The notes: a model not told the origin generated them from the sequence alone. A stretch of 64,000 nucleotides of DNA from an uncultured Bacteroidales bacterium (GCA_902799705.1 CADCBP010000002.1:28181-92180), one strand, 5' to 3'. Shown: positions 1 to 10,335, counted from the first letter of the stretch. Numbers and translations: made by a program.

Positions 1-1123
1 TTGTGCCGTTCTCCAAGTCACGACCACCCATTGCTAAACGAACAGGTACGCCCTTCAACTCATAATCAGCGAACTTGTAGCCAGGTGTATATTTCTCATC
101 GGTGTCCACCTTCACGCGGATACCAAGCGCTTTCATCCGCTCTGCAATCGGATTCAGTTTCTCCATCAGTTTGGCCAGATCTTCCTCTTTCTTGAAAATC
201 GGCACAATAACTACTTGTATAGGCGCCAAATGCGGCGGCAGAACGAGTCCGTTATCATCACTATGCGTCATGATCAATGCACCCATTAAACGGGTCGAAA
301 CGCCCCAACTGGTAGCCCATACATACTCATATTTGTTTTCCTTGGTCAGGAACTGCACGTCAAAACTTTTCGCGAAGTTTTGACCCAAGAAGTGGCTTGT
401 GCCGGCCTGCAAAGCTTTGCCGTCCTGCATCATTGCCTCGATACAATACGTATTCAATGCGCCTGCAAAACGCTCATTCGGAGACTTGACACCCTTCACT
501 ACGGGAATAGCCATGATGTTTTCTGCAAAATCGGCATATACATCCAGCATCTGACGGGCATAATCTTCCGCTTCCTCTTTGGTGGCGTGTGCGGTATGGC
601 CCTCCTGCCAAAGGAATTCAGCGGTACGGAGGAAAAGGCGCGTACGCATTTCCCAACGCATTACGTTGCACCATTGGTTACAAAGGATAGGAAGGTCGCG
701 GTAGGAACTGATCCAGTTTTTATACGTGCTCCAGATAATTGTCTCGGATGTCGGACGGATGATCAGCTCTTCCTCTAACTTAGCCTGCGGATCCACTACT
801 ATGCCACGACCGTTCGGGTCATTCATCAGGCGATGATGCGTAACCACGGCACACTCTTTGGCGAAACCCTCTACGTGCTCTGCCTCGCGGCTCAGGAACG
901 ACTTCGGAATAAGCAGGGGGAAATAGGCGTTTTTCACACCTTTCTCTTTGAATCGGCGGTCCAGTTCCGCTTGAATGGTTTCCCAAATGGCATAGCCATA
1001 AGGCTTGATTACCATACATCCGCGTACGGCACTCTGCTCGGCCAGGTCAGCCTTCACTACCAATTCGTTGTACCACTTGGAGTAGTCCTCGCTACGAGGA
1101 GTCAGTTTTTGAAAATTAGCCAT
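1..1123 (-). CDS. proS: prolyl-tRNA synthetase, archaeal/eukaryote-like class II type (N-terminal ~374 codons; 3' end lies beyond window start)
   Basis: Manual minus-strand translation from ATG (1123-1121) gives [48 protein letters not shown]...RPTSETIIW...[10 protein letters not shown], open to the window edge. It is absent from the ORF track because no stop falls in the window. The + strand ORFs here are short and junk-like. Confidence 0.9.
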   Translation of the reverse strand, partial: MANFQKLTPRSEDYSKWYNELVVKADLAEQSAVRGCMVIKPYGYAIWETIQAELDRRFKEKGVKNAYFPLLIPKSFLSREAEHVEGFAKECAVVTHHRLMNDPNGRGIVVDPQAKLEEELIIRPTSETIIWSTYKNWISSYRDLPILCNQWCNVMRWEMRTRLFLRTAEFLWQEGHTAHATKEEAEDYARQMLDVYADFAENIMAIPVVKGVKSPNERFAGALNTYCIEAMMQDGKALQAGTSHFLGQNFAKSFDVQFLTKENKYEYVWATSWGVSTRLMGALIMTHSDDNGLVLPPHLAPIQVVIVPIFKKEEDLAKLMEKLNPIAERMKALGIRVKVDTDEKYTPGYKFADYELKGVPVRLAMGGRDLENGT

Positions 1124-1154
1124 TGTATTGCTGATAAATAATTATTCGTTTTCC

Positions 1155-1183
1155 AAAAAGGATGGCCATCGACCATCCTTTTT
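1155..1183 (-). terminator. hairpin (GGATGG/CCATCC, 7-nt loop) flanked by A5 and T5 runs, between tRNA-Pro and proS
   Basis: aaaaaGGATGGccatcgaCCATCCttttt read directly. It is symmetric, so it could terminate in either direction. Confidence 0.5.
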
Positions 1184-1184
1184 G

Positions 1185-1258
1185 TCGAGAAGAGGCGACT
1201 CGAACGCCCGACCCCTACGTCCCGAACGTAGTGCGCTACCAACTGCGCTACTTCTCGA
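1185..1258 (-). tRNA. tRNA-Pro (anticodon CGG)
   Basis: The reverse complement TCGAGAAGTAGCGCAGTTGGTAGCGCACTACGTTCGGGACGTAGGGGTCGGGCGTTCGAGTCGCCTCTTCTCGA folds as a 74-nt cloverleaf. It has a 7-bp acceptor stem, anticodon stem CTACG/CGTAG with loop TTCGGGA, and a GTTCGAGTC T-arm. Confidence 0.85.
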
Positions 1259-1318
1259 TTTGCTCCCGCAAACCTCGATTATTTCTTCGAAATTTTCTCG
1301 TTCTTACGAAAGCGGGTG

Positions 1319-1326
1319 CAAAAGTA
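1319..1326 (-). promoter_or_regulatory. Bacteroidota -7 promoter box TAnnTTTG (TACTTTTG) upstream of tRNA-Pro/proS
   Basis: The minus strand reads TACTTTTG about 60 nt upstream of the tRNA 5' end. Confidence 0.5.
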
Positions 1327-1366
1327 CTGCTTTTTTTTGAAATGAGCAAATTTTTTGCGAATTATT

Positions 1367-3676
1367 TTAACTTTTTCTTCTAAAAGTGCGTTTTAGGGGC
1401 TTTAATGGCTCTGTTTTTGCGATAATTTCACGTACTTCCGCTTCCGTGATGGTCTGCGCTACAGCTGTTGCAGGTAGTTGGTAATTGCCCTTGCCGGTGT
1501 GGATGTATGCGCCATAACGCCCACGCCGGATTTGGATATCGCCCCATGATTGGATAGGTGTTTCTTTCTCTTTCTGCTGCTCAATCAATGCAATTGCCTC
1601 TGTTTGTGTGAGTGAAGACAGTTCTTTACCGCGCGGCAGACTGACGTACGTTTTGCCGTAATGGATGTACGGACCGTACTTGCCTGTGCCCGTTGTGATG
1701 GTCTGTCCTTCGTATTCTCCTAAAGTAGCCGGTTGGGCGGCACGGAACAGATCCAATGCCTCTGATAAGGTGATGGAGAAGATAGATTGACCTTTCTTCA
1801 AACTCGCGAACTTCGGCTTGTCATTCACTGCATCCCCCAACTGCACGCACGGACCTATCTTGCTGATTTTGGCAATTACAGGTAAACCTGTTTCCGGATC
1901 ATTGCCCAATAAACGACCGCTTACTTTTCCCGATGAAATCGAAGAGAGTAGTGGTTTGAAAGTTTTATAGAAACTATCTACTGTATCGGTCCATTTGGCC
2001 TTACCCTCAGCAATCCGGTCGAACTGTTCTTCTTCTTTGGCAGTGAAGTCATAACTCAGAATCTTTGGAAAATGCTCCACAAGGAAATCGTTCGTAATGC
2101 GCCCCAAGTCTGTAGGCAATAAACGTTGTGTTTCCGCGCCGTATATCTCCGTTTTCTGATGTTCGGTAACTTCTCCGTTCTTGAGGGTTAGGATGGTAGT
2201 GTCGCGTTTCTGTCCGGTTACAGATCCTTTCTCTACATATTTGACATGTTGGATTGTCTCAATAATCGTAGCATAAGTAGAAGGACGGCCAATCCCCAGT
2301 TCCTCCATTCGTTTTACGAGAGTCGCCTCATTATAGCGGAAAGGCGGTTTTGCGTATGTCTGGATACCTTCTGCTCCCTGCAGTTTGAGTCGCTCGCGCG
2401 GGGACATAGTCGGCAATAAACGACGTTCTTCTTCCGCTTCGTCTGACGATTGTACATATACGCGGGTGAAACCGTCGAATGTGATCACTTCGCCTACGGC
2501 TACGAACGCGTATTTACTTCCGTGGACGGATACTTCAATAGTCGTCTTCTCACTTTCTGCGTCTGCCATCTGGCATGCGATAGTACGTTTCCAAATCAAG
2601 TCATATAACCGCTGTTCATCCCTTGTTGCGCCCGCTGTCTGTACATTCATATAGGTCGGGCGAATAGCCTCGTGTGCTTCCTGTGCACCTTTGGTTTTGG
2701 TATGGAATTGGCGTGTATGTACATACTCGTTCCCGTACAACTGCGCGATGACTTCTTTACTTGTCGCCAGAGCCAATGAAGATAGGTTCACTGAGTCGGT
2801 ACGCATATAGGTGATTTTTCCGCTCTCATACAACGATTGTGCCAGGCGCATCGTTTTGGAAACAGGGAATTTCAATTTGCGGGCCGCCTCTTGTTGCAGG
2901 GACGAAGTGGTAAACGGAGGAGCGGGGAGATGCTTGACGGGTTTGCGTTGTACATCGCGCACAATGAACTGCGATTTAGGCAGACTTTCGAGGAACTCTA
3001 TCGCATCTTTCTTGTGTGAGAAGCGATGGTTTAATTCACATCTCAACACCGAAGCATCGCCTGGATTTGCCCCGATGAAATCGGCGAGAATACGGTAGGA
3101 CGAAGAGGCGCGGAAAGCTTCTATCTCGCGCTCTTTCTCTACAATCAAGCGGACAGCTACCGATTGTACGCGTCCGGCGGAGAGTCCCGTCGTAACTTTC
3201 TTCCATAGAATAGGAGACAACTCGAATCCTACGATACGGTCCAGCACGCGTCGTGCCTGCTGCGCATTGACGAGATTGTAATCTATATCCCGGGGGTGCT
3301 GGATAGCTTCCTGAATGGCGGACTTGGTGATTTCATGAAAAACGATACGCTTGGTGTCTTTCTTGTCCAGATGGAGCACCTCTTTCAGATGCCAGGCAAT
3401 CGCCTCTCCTTCGCGGTCCTCATCGGATGCCAGCCAAACAGTATCGGCTTTCTTTACCTCTTTTTCCAATTGATCCAGCAAGTGTTGTTTGTGTGTATCA
3501 ATCACATAATTAGGCTGATAGCCGTTCTCAAAATCAATACCCATCGAGTTTTTTCCCAGCGGTTCAATGTCGCGGATATGACCTTGACTGCTCAGGACAT
3601 GATAGTCGTTCCCGAGAAATTTCTCGATCGTCTTCGCCTTGGCCGGAGACTCTACTATAACCAGATTTTTGCTCAT
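1367..3676 (-). CDS. topA: DNA topoisomerase I
   Basis: 769 aa. Toprim N-terminus VIVESPAKAKTIEKFLG, DEDREGE motif, active-site ITYMRTDS, and C-terminal repeated Zn-ribbon-like GKYGPYI / GRYGAYI motifs. Confidence 0.95.
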   Translation of the reverse strand: MSKNLVIVESPAKAKTIEKFLGNDYHVLSSQGHIRDIEPLGKNSMGIDFENGYQPNYVIDTHKQHLLDQLEKEVKKADTVWLASDEDREGEAIAWHLKEVLHLDKKDTKRIVFHEITKSAIQEAIQHPRDIDYNLVNAQQARRVLDRIVGFELSPILWKKVTTGLSAGRVQSVAVRLIVEKEREIEAFRASSSYRILADFIGANPGDASVLRCELNHRFSHKKDAIEFLESLPKSQFIVRDVQRKPVKHLPAPPFTTSSLQQEAARKLKFPVSKTMRLAQSLYESGKITYMRTDSVNLSSLALATSKEVIAQLYGNEYVHTRQFHTKTKGAQEAHEAIRPTYMNVQTAGATRDEQRLYDLIWKRTIACQMADAESEKTTIEVSVHGSKYAFVAVGEVITFDGFTRVYVQSSDEAEEERRLLPTMSPRERLKLQGAEGIQTYAKPPFRYNEATLVKRMEELGIGRPSTYATIIETIQHVKYVEKGSVTGQKRDTTILTLKNGEVTEHQKTEIYGAETQRLLPTDLGRITNDFLVEHFPKILSYDFTAKEEEQFDRIAEGKAKWTDTVDSFYKTFKPLLSSISSGKVSGRLLGNDPETGLPVIAKISKIGPCVQLGDAVNDKPKFASLKKGQSIFSITLSEALDLFRAAQPATLGEYEGQTITTGTGKYGPYIHYGKTYVSLPRGKELSSLTQTEAIALIEQQKEKETPIQSWGDIQIRRGRYGAYIHTGKGNYQLPATAVAQTITEAEVREIIAKTEPLKPLKRTFRRKS

Positions 3677-3714
3677 ATTCGATATATAATAAGGTATCCC
3701 TCAAAAAATCGCCG

Positions 3715-3722
3715 CAAAAGTA
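3715..3722 (-). promoter_or_regulatory. -7 box TACTTTTG upstream of topA
   Basis: The reverse complement of caaaagta lies 39 nt upstream of the topA ATG. Confidence 0.45.
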
Positions 3723-3783
3723 GTATAAATAATTTATTTGTGCAAATTATTTTTTTTCGCTTGCATATATCAAAGATATTTAG

Positions 3784-3791
3784 TATCTTTG
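3784..3791 (+). promoter_or_regulatory. -7 box TATCTTTG upstream of the nfeD-like/floA operon
   Basis: tatctttg read directly, about 50 nt upstream of the ATG at 3840. Confidence 0.5.
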
Positions 3792-3839
3792 CAGCCGAAT
3801 TGAAAAAAATATTTGAAATTTTTTATAGAAAGGACTTGC

Positions 3840-4157
3840 ATGAATATCTTTTTAGTCGTATTATTAGTGCTCGCGGGCGTCGCGTTATTATTAATGGAGA
3901 TGTTCCTTTTGCCGGGTTTCGGTATTGCGGGTGTAAGCGGTTTTCTCGCACTGATAGGTGCGGTAGTAGTTGCATGGATCTGGATCGGTCATGTGGCGGG
4001 ATTGATTACCTTGGGTGCCTGCGTGCTTTTGACCGCCCTCGCTGTATGGGGATTCGTGCGTAGTAATGCGCTGGACAAGATGGCGCTGGATGCAAAAATA
4101 GACAGTCATGTCGAATTAGCGGACAATAAATTAAAAAAAGATAAAAAGGAGGATTAG
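3840..4157 (+). CDS. NfeD-like small membrane protein
   Basis: [40 protein letters not shown]..., three hydrophobic helices, and a stop 2 nt before floA. The pairing is typical of NfeD-flotillin operons. The start was trimmed from the 3813 ORF. Confidence 0.6.
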   Translation: MNIFLVVLLVLAGVALLLMEMFLLPGFGIAGVSGFLALIGAVVVAWIWIGHVAGLITLGACVLLTALAVWGFVRSNALDKMALDAKIDSHVELADNKLKKDKKED

Positions 4158-4159
4158 TT

Positions 4160-5143
4160 ATGGACATTAGTGCTCTCTCTATTGTGCTGTATGCCTTGAT
4201 AGGCATCGCCGTGATTATTTTCTTGTATTATGTGCCGTTCATGCTATGGATTAACGCCGTAGTGAGCGGAGTGCATATCAGTTTGGTTCAACTCTTCCTG
4301 ATGCGTATCCGTAAGGTGCCGCCTACCAAAATCGTCAACTGTATGATCGAGGCGCACAAGGCGGGTTTGACGGATGTCAAGCGCGATGGTCTGGAAGCCC
4401 ACTATCTTGCGGGCGGACATATAGAACGCGTGGTGCATGCCTTGGTGTCGGCTTCCAAAGCGGGCATTAACCTGCCCTTCCAGATGGCTACGGCCATTGA
4501 CCTTGCCGGCCGTGACGTGTTTGAGGCTGTGCAGATGAGCGTCAACCCCAAAGTGATAGATACTCCGCCGGTGACGGCAGTGGCGAAAGACGGTATTCAG
4601 CTGATTGCCAAAGCCCGTGTGACTGTGCGCGCCAATATCAAACAGCTCGTCGGAGGTGCGGGTGAAGATACCATTCTTGCCCGTGTAGGCGAAGGTATCG
4701 TCAGCTCCATCGGTAGTGCCGAGAGCCACAAGATGGTGCTCGAAAACCCCGATTCCATCAGTAAATTAGTGCTCTCCAAGGGCCTTGATGACGGAACGGC
4801 ATTTGAGATTCTCTCCATTGATATTGCGGATATAGACGTAGGTAAGAATATCGGCGCGCAACTGCAGATGGATCAAGCGGAAGCCGACAAGAATATCGCG
4901 CAAGCAAAAGCCGAAGAGCGCCGCTCCATGGCGATTGCCTCGGAGCAGGAGATGAAGGCCAAGGCTCAGGAAGCGCGTGCGAAAGTGATTGAAGCTGAAG
5001 CACTTGTGCCGCAGGCTATGGCAGAGGCGTTCCGTAACGGAAACCTTGGTATTATGGATTACTATCGTATGCAGAACATACAGGCGGACACCGCTATGCG
5101 CGAACAGATTGCCGGAGGGGGAGAAAAGAAGAGTAAGAAATAA
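4160..5143 (+). CDS. floA: flotillin-like protein FloA (UPF0365/YqfA family, SPFH domain)
   Basis: 327 aa. N-terminal TM followed by [24 protein letters not shown]...[12 protein letters not shown] and an Ala/Glu-rich coiled-coil tail, as in the YqfA/FloA family. Confidence 0.8.
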   Translation: MDISALSIVLYALIGIAVIIFLYYVPFMLWINAVVSGVHISLVQLFLMRIRKVPPTKIVNCMIEAHKAGLTDVKRDGLEAHYLAGGHIERVVHALVSASKAGINLPFQMATAIDLAGRDVFEAVQMSVNPKVIDTPPVTAVAKDGIQLIAKARVTVRANIKQLVGGAGEDTILARVGEGIVSSIGSAESHKMVLENPDSISKLVLSKGLDDGTAFEILSIDIADIDVGKNIGAQLQMDQAEADKNIAQAKAEERRSMAIASEQEMKAKAQEARAKVIEAEALVPQAMAEAFRNGNLGIMDYYRMQNIQADTAMREQIAGGGEKKSKK

Positions 5144-5146
5144 AAG

Positions 5147-5932
5147 GTGAAGATAGCGCTTTTACAATATCCTATTGAGTGGGCTAATCCGCAGGCGAAC
5201 ATAGGCCTGTTGGACGAGCGTCTGCGGGCAGTAGCAGGCAGGGCTGACCTCGCCGTAGTGCCGGAGATGTTCAGTACCGGTTTTTGTCCGGACCGTCCGG
5301 GATTGGCGGAGCCATGGCCTGAGGGACCGACATGTCAGGCTCTTCAGCGCATGGCTGATACGTATGATCTGGCTATCGTTGGTTCGCTGATGGCGACGGA
5401 TAACGGCAGGCTGTGCAATCGCGGTTTCCTCTTCCGTCCCCATGACACTCCGCAGTACTACGACAAGCATCATCTGTATGCCAGCGGCGGGGAAGCGGAG
5501 TTCTTCACACCCGGCAATGAGCGGCCGGTCTTTGAGTACCGCGGCGTCAAGATACGTCTGGCTGTATGTTATGACCTGCGTTTCCCTGTGTGGCTGAGAC
5601 AAGACAAGAACAACCTGTACGACATACTCATTGTGGTGGCTTGTTGGCCTACCGTGCGTATCCAGTACTGGGATGCACTCTTGCCTGCCCGCGCCGCAGA
5701 GAACCATTGCTACGGTATCGGTGTGAACATGGTCGGGACGGACGGATTGCAGATGGATTATAACGGTCATTCGGCAGCCTATGACACCTGGCTCAAGGAC
5801 GTAGCGGGCTTTGAGGACTATGAAGCGGGAACGAAGATAGTGGATTTGTCTATAGAGAAACTAAGGCATTTCCGCGAAGTCTTACCGCAGTGGAAAGAAG
5901 CCGATGGATATGAGGTGAAAGTTGAAAGGTGA
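5147..5932 (+). CDS. carbon-nitrogen hydrolase family amidohydrolase (omega-amidase YafV-like)
   Basis: 261 aa with a GTG start. Nitrilase-superfamily Glu-Lys-Cys context: VPEMFSTGF, YDKHHLY, LAVCYDLRFP. The last 6 codons and the stop are encoded by heptamer repeat R1. Confidence 0.8.
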   Translation: MKIALLQYPIEWANPQANIGLLDERLRAVAGRADLAVVPEMFSTGFCPDRPGLAEPWPEGPTCQALQRMADTYDLAIVGSLMATDNGRLCNRGFLFRPHDTPQYYDKHHLYASGGEAEFFTPGNERPVFEYRGVKIRLAVCYDLRFPVWLRQDKNNLYDILIVVACWPTVRIQYWDALLPARAAENHCYGIGVNMVGTDGLQMDYNGHSAAYDTWLKDVAGFEDYEAGTKIVDLSIEKLRHFREVLPQWKEADGYEVKVER

Positions 5933-5943
5933 AAGTTGAAAGG
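5914..5943. repeat. tandem heptamer repeat (GGTGAAA GTTGAAA)x2 + partial
   Basis: ggtgaaagttgaaaggtgaaagttgaaagg read directly. It contains the stop codon (5930-5932) of the C-N hydrolase gene. Confidence 0.9.
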
Positions 5944-5962
5944 AACGAAGGGCTCATAATAC

Positions 5963-7678
5963 ATGGAGATTAATTGGCACATAAAAGAACGGACGCCGGA
6001 GGAAGAGGCAGCAGCCCAGCGACTGGCGACAGAACTGGATATCAGTCCTGTCGCAGCGCGTATTCTGGCAGACAGAGGATTGCGCACGGGCGCTGAAGCA
6101 CGGGCATATATCCGTCCATCGCTGGACAGTCTGCATGATCCTTTTCTGATGCGGGACATGGGAGCGGCGGTGGACAGGCTATGCCGCGCTATTGACAATA
6201 AGGAACGCATCATGGTGTACGGGGACTATGACGTGGATGGCACTACGGCTGTCGCGCTGATGTATTCGTTTTTGCGCACGCAGACAGACAACCTCGTCTA
6301 TTATATTCCCGACCGCTACACCGAAGGTTATGGTATCTCCACCAAAGGTATAGACACCGCCCAAGAAAAAGGATGTACGCTGGTTATTGCTTTGGATTGC
6401 GGCATTAAGGCGGTGGATAAGATCGCCTATGCCAATGAGAAGGGTATCGACTTCATTATTTGTGACCACCATACGCCGGGCGATGTTATACCGAAAGCAG
6501 TTGCAGTACTGAACATGAAGCGCGCAGACTGTCAGTATCCGTTCAAGGAACTGAGCGGGTGCGGTGTCGGTTTCAAGTTAGTGCAAGCCTACGCGCAACG
6601 CCGCGGAATAGATATGCAGGAGGTCTATCGTCTCTTGCCGCTACTGGCTATGAGTATTGCCAGTGACATTGTGCCCGTCACGGGCGAGAACCGCATCCTT
6701 GCTTTCTACGGTCTGCGTGCCCTCAATGCGCAGCCTTCCGTAGGCATACAGGCTATCATGCAGGTGGCAGGTATAGAAGGCAAGACCATCACGATCAGCG
6801 ACCTCGTGTATAAAATAGGTCCGCGTATCAACGCCGCGGGGCGTATCAAGAGCGGTGCGGAGGCCGTACGGTTGCTCATCACCAATGATGCGGAGGCGGC
6901 ATTGCGATTCGCACATGAGATCGATTCTTATAATCAGGACCGGCGTGATTATGACAGCAAGACGACGGATGAAGCGCTCGCACAGTTGGAAAAAGACCCG
7001 ATGAATCCGAGTAAATTCACTACGGTGGTCTATTCTCCGGAGTGGCATAAAGGGGTGGTTGGTATCGCAGCCAGCCGCCTGACGGAGACCTATTACCGTC
7101 CGACGATCGTACTGACGGCAGGCGAAGATGATATCATCAGCGGCAGTGCCCGTTCGGTCAGCGATTTCGATATCTATACGGCTATCGATTCATGCCGCGA
7201 CCTGCTTACTAATTTCGGAGGGCATAAGTTCGCTGCAGGACTGAGTATGCACAAGGCGGACTTGCCGGAATTCAAACGCCGCTTTGAGGAATATGTGGCA
7301 GCGCATATCACGCCCGAGCAGCAAGTGCCCACGCTGGAGGTGGAGGCGGAAGTGGAGTTGAGCGATATGAACTGGAAGATGTATAAGATCCTTCAGTGCC
7401 TGGAGCCGTTCGGTCCCGGGAATGAACGTCCGCTTTTCCTTTGCAGAAACCTGATTAATAACCGCAACACCCGTGCGGTGAGTGACGGCAAGCATCTGCA
7501 TCTTGATTTGACGGATTGTGTCGTGGCCATGGACGGTATTGCTTTCGGGCAAGGCGACAAAGCAGTGCACCTGCAAAACGGTAAAAGCATCGATGTATGC
7601 TTCTATTTAGAGGAGAACAGTTACCGCGGACGAACAACGCTACAGATGAATGCACAGGACGTGAAGTTAAATGATTAA
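5963..7678 (+). CDS. recJ: single-stranded-DNA-specific exonuclease RecJ
   Basis: 571 aa. DHH motifs VYGDYDVDGTTA, ALDCG, ICDHH, followed by a DHHA1 region (GGHKFAAG). Confidence 0.92.
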   Translation: MEINWHIKERTPEEEAAAQRLATELDISPVAARILADRGLRTGAEARAYIRPSLDSLHDPFLMRDMGAAVDRLCRAIDNKERIMVYGDYDVDGTTAVALMYSFLRTQTDNLVYYIPDRYTEGYGISTKGIDTAQEKGCTLVIALDCGIKAVDKIAYANEKGIDFIICDHHTPGDVIPKAVAVLNMKRADCQYPFKELSGCGVGFKLVQAYAQRRGIDMQEVYRLLPLLAMSIASDIVPVTGENRILAFYGLRALNAQPSVGIQAIMQVAGIEGKTITISDLVYKIGPRINAAGRIKSGAEAVRLLITNDAEAALRFAHEIDSYNQDRRDYDSKTTDEALAQLEKDPMNPSKFTTVVYSPEWHKGVVGIAASRLTETYYRPTIVLTAGEDDIISGSARSVSDFDIYTAIDSCRDLLTNFGGHKFAAGLSMHKADLPEFKRRFEEYVAAHITPEQQVPTLEVEAEVELSDMNWKMYKILQCLEPFGPGNERPLFLCRNLINNRNTRAVSDGKHLHLDLTDCVVAMDGIAFGQGDKAVHLQNGKSIDVCFYLEENSYRGRTTLQMNAQDVKLND

Positions 7679-7704
7679 ATAGTAAATGATCAAATCGTAA
7701 ATAG
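7667..7704. repeat. tandem 7-8 nt repeat with TAAAT core (5 units)
   Basis: ttaaatga ttaaatag taaatga tcaaatcg taaatag. It spans the recJ stop (7676-7678) and ends 6 nt before the tdk ATG. Confidence 0.75.
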
Positions 7705-7709
7705 TTTTT

Positions 7710-8303
7710 ATGTTTTCAGAACGAGACACCAAAGGACCGGTTTTACGCCGCGGCTCCATTGAAGTAGTATGCGGTTCCATGTTCAGCGGCAAGACCGAAG
7801 AACTGATCCGCCGTATGAAACGCGCGAAGTTCGCCAAGTTACGCGTAGAGATTTTCAAGCCCGCCATTGATGTGCGTTACAGCGAAGAGGATGTGGTCAG
7901 TCATGACCGTAATGTCATTCAATCGACCCCCGTGGACTCCAGTCAGAGTATTCTGCTCCTCGCCAATGATATCGATGTAGTGGGTATTGACGAGGCGCAG
8001 TTCTTCGATATGGGTATTGTGGACGTGTGCAAGCAGTTGGCGGAACGCGGGATTCGTGTCATCTGTGCGGGTCTGGATATGGATTTCAAGGGGATTCCTT
8101 TTGGTCCGATGCCTGCTTTGATGGCGATAGCTGAAGATGTATATAAGACGCATGCTATCTGTGTTCATTGCGGCGACCTGGCATACGTGAGTCACCGTCT
8201 GGTAGCGTCAGAGAAACGCGTTTTACTCGGTGAAACCGACAGTTATGAACCTCTCTGCCGTGCTTGCTACAACAAAGCCATCGCTGCCGAAGAAGCCCAG
8301 TGA
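7710..8303 (+). CDS. tdk: thymidine kinase
   Basis: 197 aa. P-loop [21 protein letters not shown], and C-terminal Zn cysteines CVHCG...CRAC. Confidence 0.93.
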   Translation: MFSERDTKGPVLRRGSIEVVCGSMFSGKTEELIRRMKRAKFAKLRVEIFKPAIDVRYSEEDVVSHDRNVIQSTPVDSSQSILLLANDIDVVGIDEAQFFDMGIVDVCKQLAERGIRVICAGLDMDFKGIPFGPMPALMAIAEDVYKTHAICVHCGDLAYVSHRLVASEKRVLLGETDSYEPLCRACYNKAIAAEEAQ

Positions 8304-8307
8304 CCAA

Positions 8308-10335
8308 ATGGTAAATGACAGCATGGTACATTACATTGATGTCATATTACCTTTAGCCATCCGAGATTGTTATACGTATAGCATCCCGGATGGTTTGTCT
8401 ATGCCTGCTCCGGGCACGCGTGTGCTGGTGCCGCTGATGCGTAAACAGGTGCGGGGGATCGTGTTACGCGAGCATACGGAGGAGGTCTCATCGGACTTTG
8501 CGGCGAAGATCAAGCCTATTTTCTCTGTGAGCGAGACAGCGCCGGCGGTGTCTGCCGAGCAGTTGGCTTTATGGCAATGGATGAGCAGTTATTATATGTG
8601 TACGTTGGGCGAAGTGATGGCTGCGGCTTTGCCTTCCGGTTTGGATAATCGTCTGCTCAATCCGCCCAAGCGCCGCCGCACGCATATAGCGCCGTACGGC
8701 GGGCCTGTCGAGCCGATGCATCCTCTTACGCCTGCGCAAGCGAAAAGTGTCGATGAAATCGGGCAATTATGGTCCTCCGGCAAGCAGATTGTATTGTTGC
8801 ACGGCGTGACATCCAGCGGCAAGACGGATATGTATATCCATCTTATCCGGGCGCAGTTGGAGGCGGGTAAGAATGTATTGTATTTAGTGCCGGAGATTGC
8901 CCTGACGACCCAACTGACCTCCCGTCTGCAACATATCTTCGGGGACCGGCTGACGGTTTATCACAGCCGTTTCACGGACGCGGAAAGGGAGGAGTTGTAT
9001 CTGGCATCTGCGCGTCAAGAGCCGCATGTGGTGATCGGTGCGCGCAGCGCAGTGTTTCTGCCGATACCGAATATAGGCCTGGTGATTGTGGATGAAGAGC
9101 ATGAGCCCAGTTACAAGCAGGCAGAGCCGGCTCCGCGTTATCATGCGCGTGCTGCGGCTATTCTCCTGGGGCAGATCCACAAGGCGAAGGTGCTGTTGGG
9201 GACCGCCACTCCTTCGGTGGAGTCGTATTATCTGGCGCAGAAAGGCGTGTACGGACTGGTGACGCTTACCGAGCGCTACGGGGGTGTTGAACTGCCGGAA
9301 ATCCGTCTTGTTGATCTGAAGCGACAATACGAGCGCAAGGAGATGTACGGTCATTTCAGCGACCCGCTGGTGGCGCGTATCCGCGAGACTTTGGCGGAGC
9401 ACAAGCAAGTCATTCTGTTTCAGAACCGCCGTGGTTATGCGCCTCAGTTGCAGTGTGTGTCCTGCGGTCAGCCGCCGCGTTGTGTGCAATGCGACGTGCC
9501 GATGACGTTGCATCTGCGTGCGAAGGAGTTACGTTGCCATTACTGCGGGTATCATGCGCCTATTCCGCCTGTCTGTCCGCAGTGCGGCGGAGAACTGAAG
9601 TCTGTCGGTTTTGGCACGGAGCGTATAGAGGACGAGATACAGGCGCTCTTTCCGGAGGCGCGGGTACTGCGCATGGACTTGGATTCGACCCGCAGCAAGA
9701 CGGCGTATCAGGATATCATCAATGCTTTTTCACGTCACGAATGTGATATCCTGGTGGGTACGCAGATGGTCACCAAGGGTTTGCATTTCGATGATGTGCG
9801 GTTAGTGGCGGTGCTGAATGCGGACCCGTTGTTCAACCAGCCTGATTTCCGTGCCTACGAGCGTGCCTTCCAGATGCTTGAACAGGTAGCAGGGCGGGCA
9901 GGCAGAAAGGGCACCAAAGGCGAAGTATGGATTCAGACTTTCGATACGAAGAACGCCGTGTTAGAGATGGTATGTAACCATGACTATGAGGCCTTATACC
10001 GGCAGCAGACAGCGGAGCGTGAGATGTTCCATTATCCTCCATTTCATCGGATAATTCGTATTCAGATGCGTGATCATAATGCGGCGCGAGTACAGGCAGT
10101 GGCAATGCAGCTTCAGGCGCATCTGAAGCAAGTCTTCGGAGCGCGTATATCGTCTGTTATCATACCGCCTGTCGAGCGTGTCCAGGCCTATACGATACGC
10201 GAGTTGAATCTGCGTATAGAGCAGGGTGCCAATATAGGTGAGGCGAAAAGACGGTTGAAGGAGTCGATAGACTATATTCTGTCGAATTCATCGAATAAAA
10301 ATGTGAAACTAATTATAGATTGTGATCCGATATGA
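8308..10335 (+). CDS. priA: primosomal protein N' (replication restart helicase PriA)
   Basis: Walker A GVTSSGKTDMY, DEXH box VIVDEEHE, and a Cys-rich Zn-binding insert CVSCG..CVQCD..CHYCG..CPQCG. The start was moved to the ATG at 8308 because the 8230 GTG ORF overlaps tdk. Confidence 0.9.
   Translation: MVNDSMVHYIDVILPLAIRDCYTYSIPDGLSMPAPGTRVLVPLMRKQVRGIVLREHTEEVSSDFAAKIKPIFSVSETAPAVSAEQLALWQWMSSYYMCTLGEVMAAALPSGLDNRLLNPPKRRRTHIAPYGGPVEPMHPLTPAQAKSVDEIGQLWSSGKQIVLLHGVTSSGKTDMYIHLIRAQLEAGKNVLYLVPEIALTTQLTSRLQHIFGDRLTVYHSRFTDAEREELYLASARQEPHVVIGARSAVFLPIPNIGLVIVDEEHEPSYKQAEPAPRYHARAAAILLGQIHKAKVLLGTATPSVESYYLAQKGVYGLVTLTERYGGVELPEIRLVDLKRQYERKEMYGHFSDPLVARIRETLAEHKQVILFQNRRGYAPQLQCVSCGQPPRCVQCDVPMTLHLRAKELRCHYCGYHAPIPPVCPQCGGELKSVGFGTERIEDEIQALFPEARVLRMDLDSTRSKTAYQDIINAFSRHECDILVGTQMVTKGLHFDDVRLVAVLNADPLFNQPDFRAYERAFQMLEQVAGRAGRKGTKGEVWIQTFDTKNAVLEMVCNHDYEALYRQQTAEREMFHYPPFHRIIRIQMRDHNAARVQAVAMQLQAHLKQVFGARISSVIIPPVERVQAYTIRELNLRIEQGANIGEAKRRLKESIDYILSNSSNKNVKLIIDCDPI

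Noticed and set aside
102-1141. Several 60-130-aa + strand ORFs at the window start
   Set aside because: The minus strand is an uninterrupted ProRS reading frame with conserved class II motifs. The + strand ORFs are shadows.
3296-4063. A 255-aa + strand ORF running from inside topA across the intergenic promoter region into the nfeD-like gene
   Set aside because: It crosses a clear divergent promoter region (two -7 boxes) and overlaps topA antisense. The product is junk-like.
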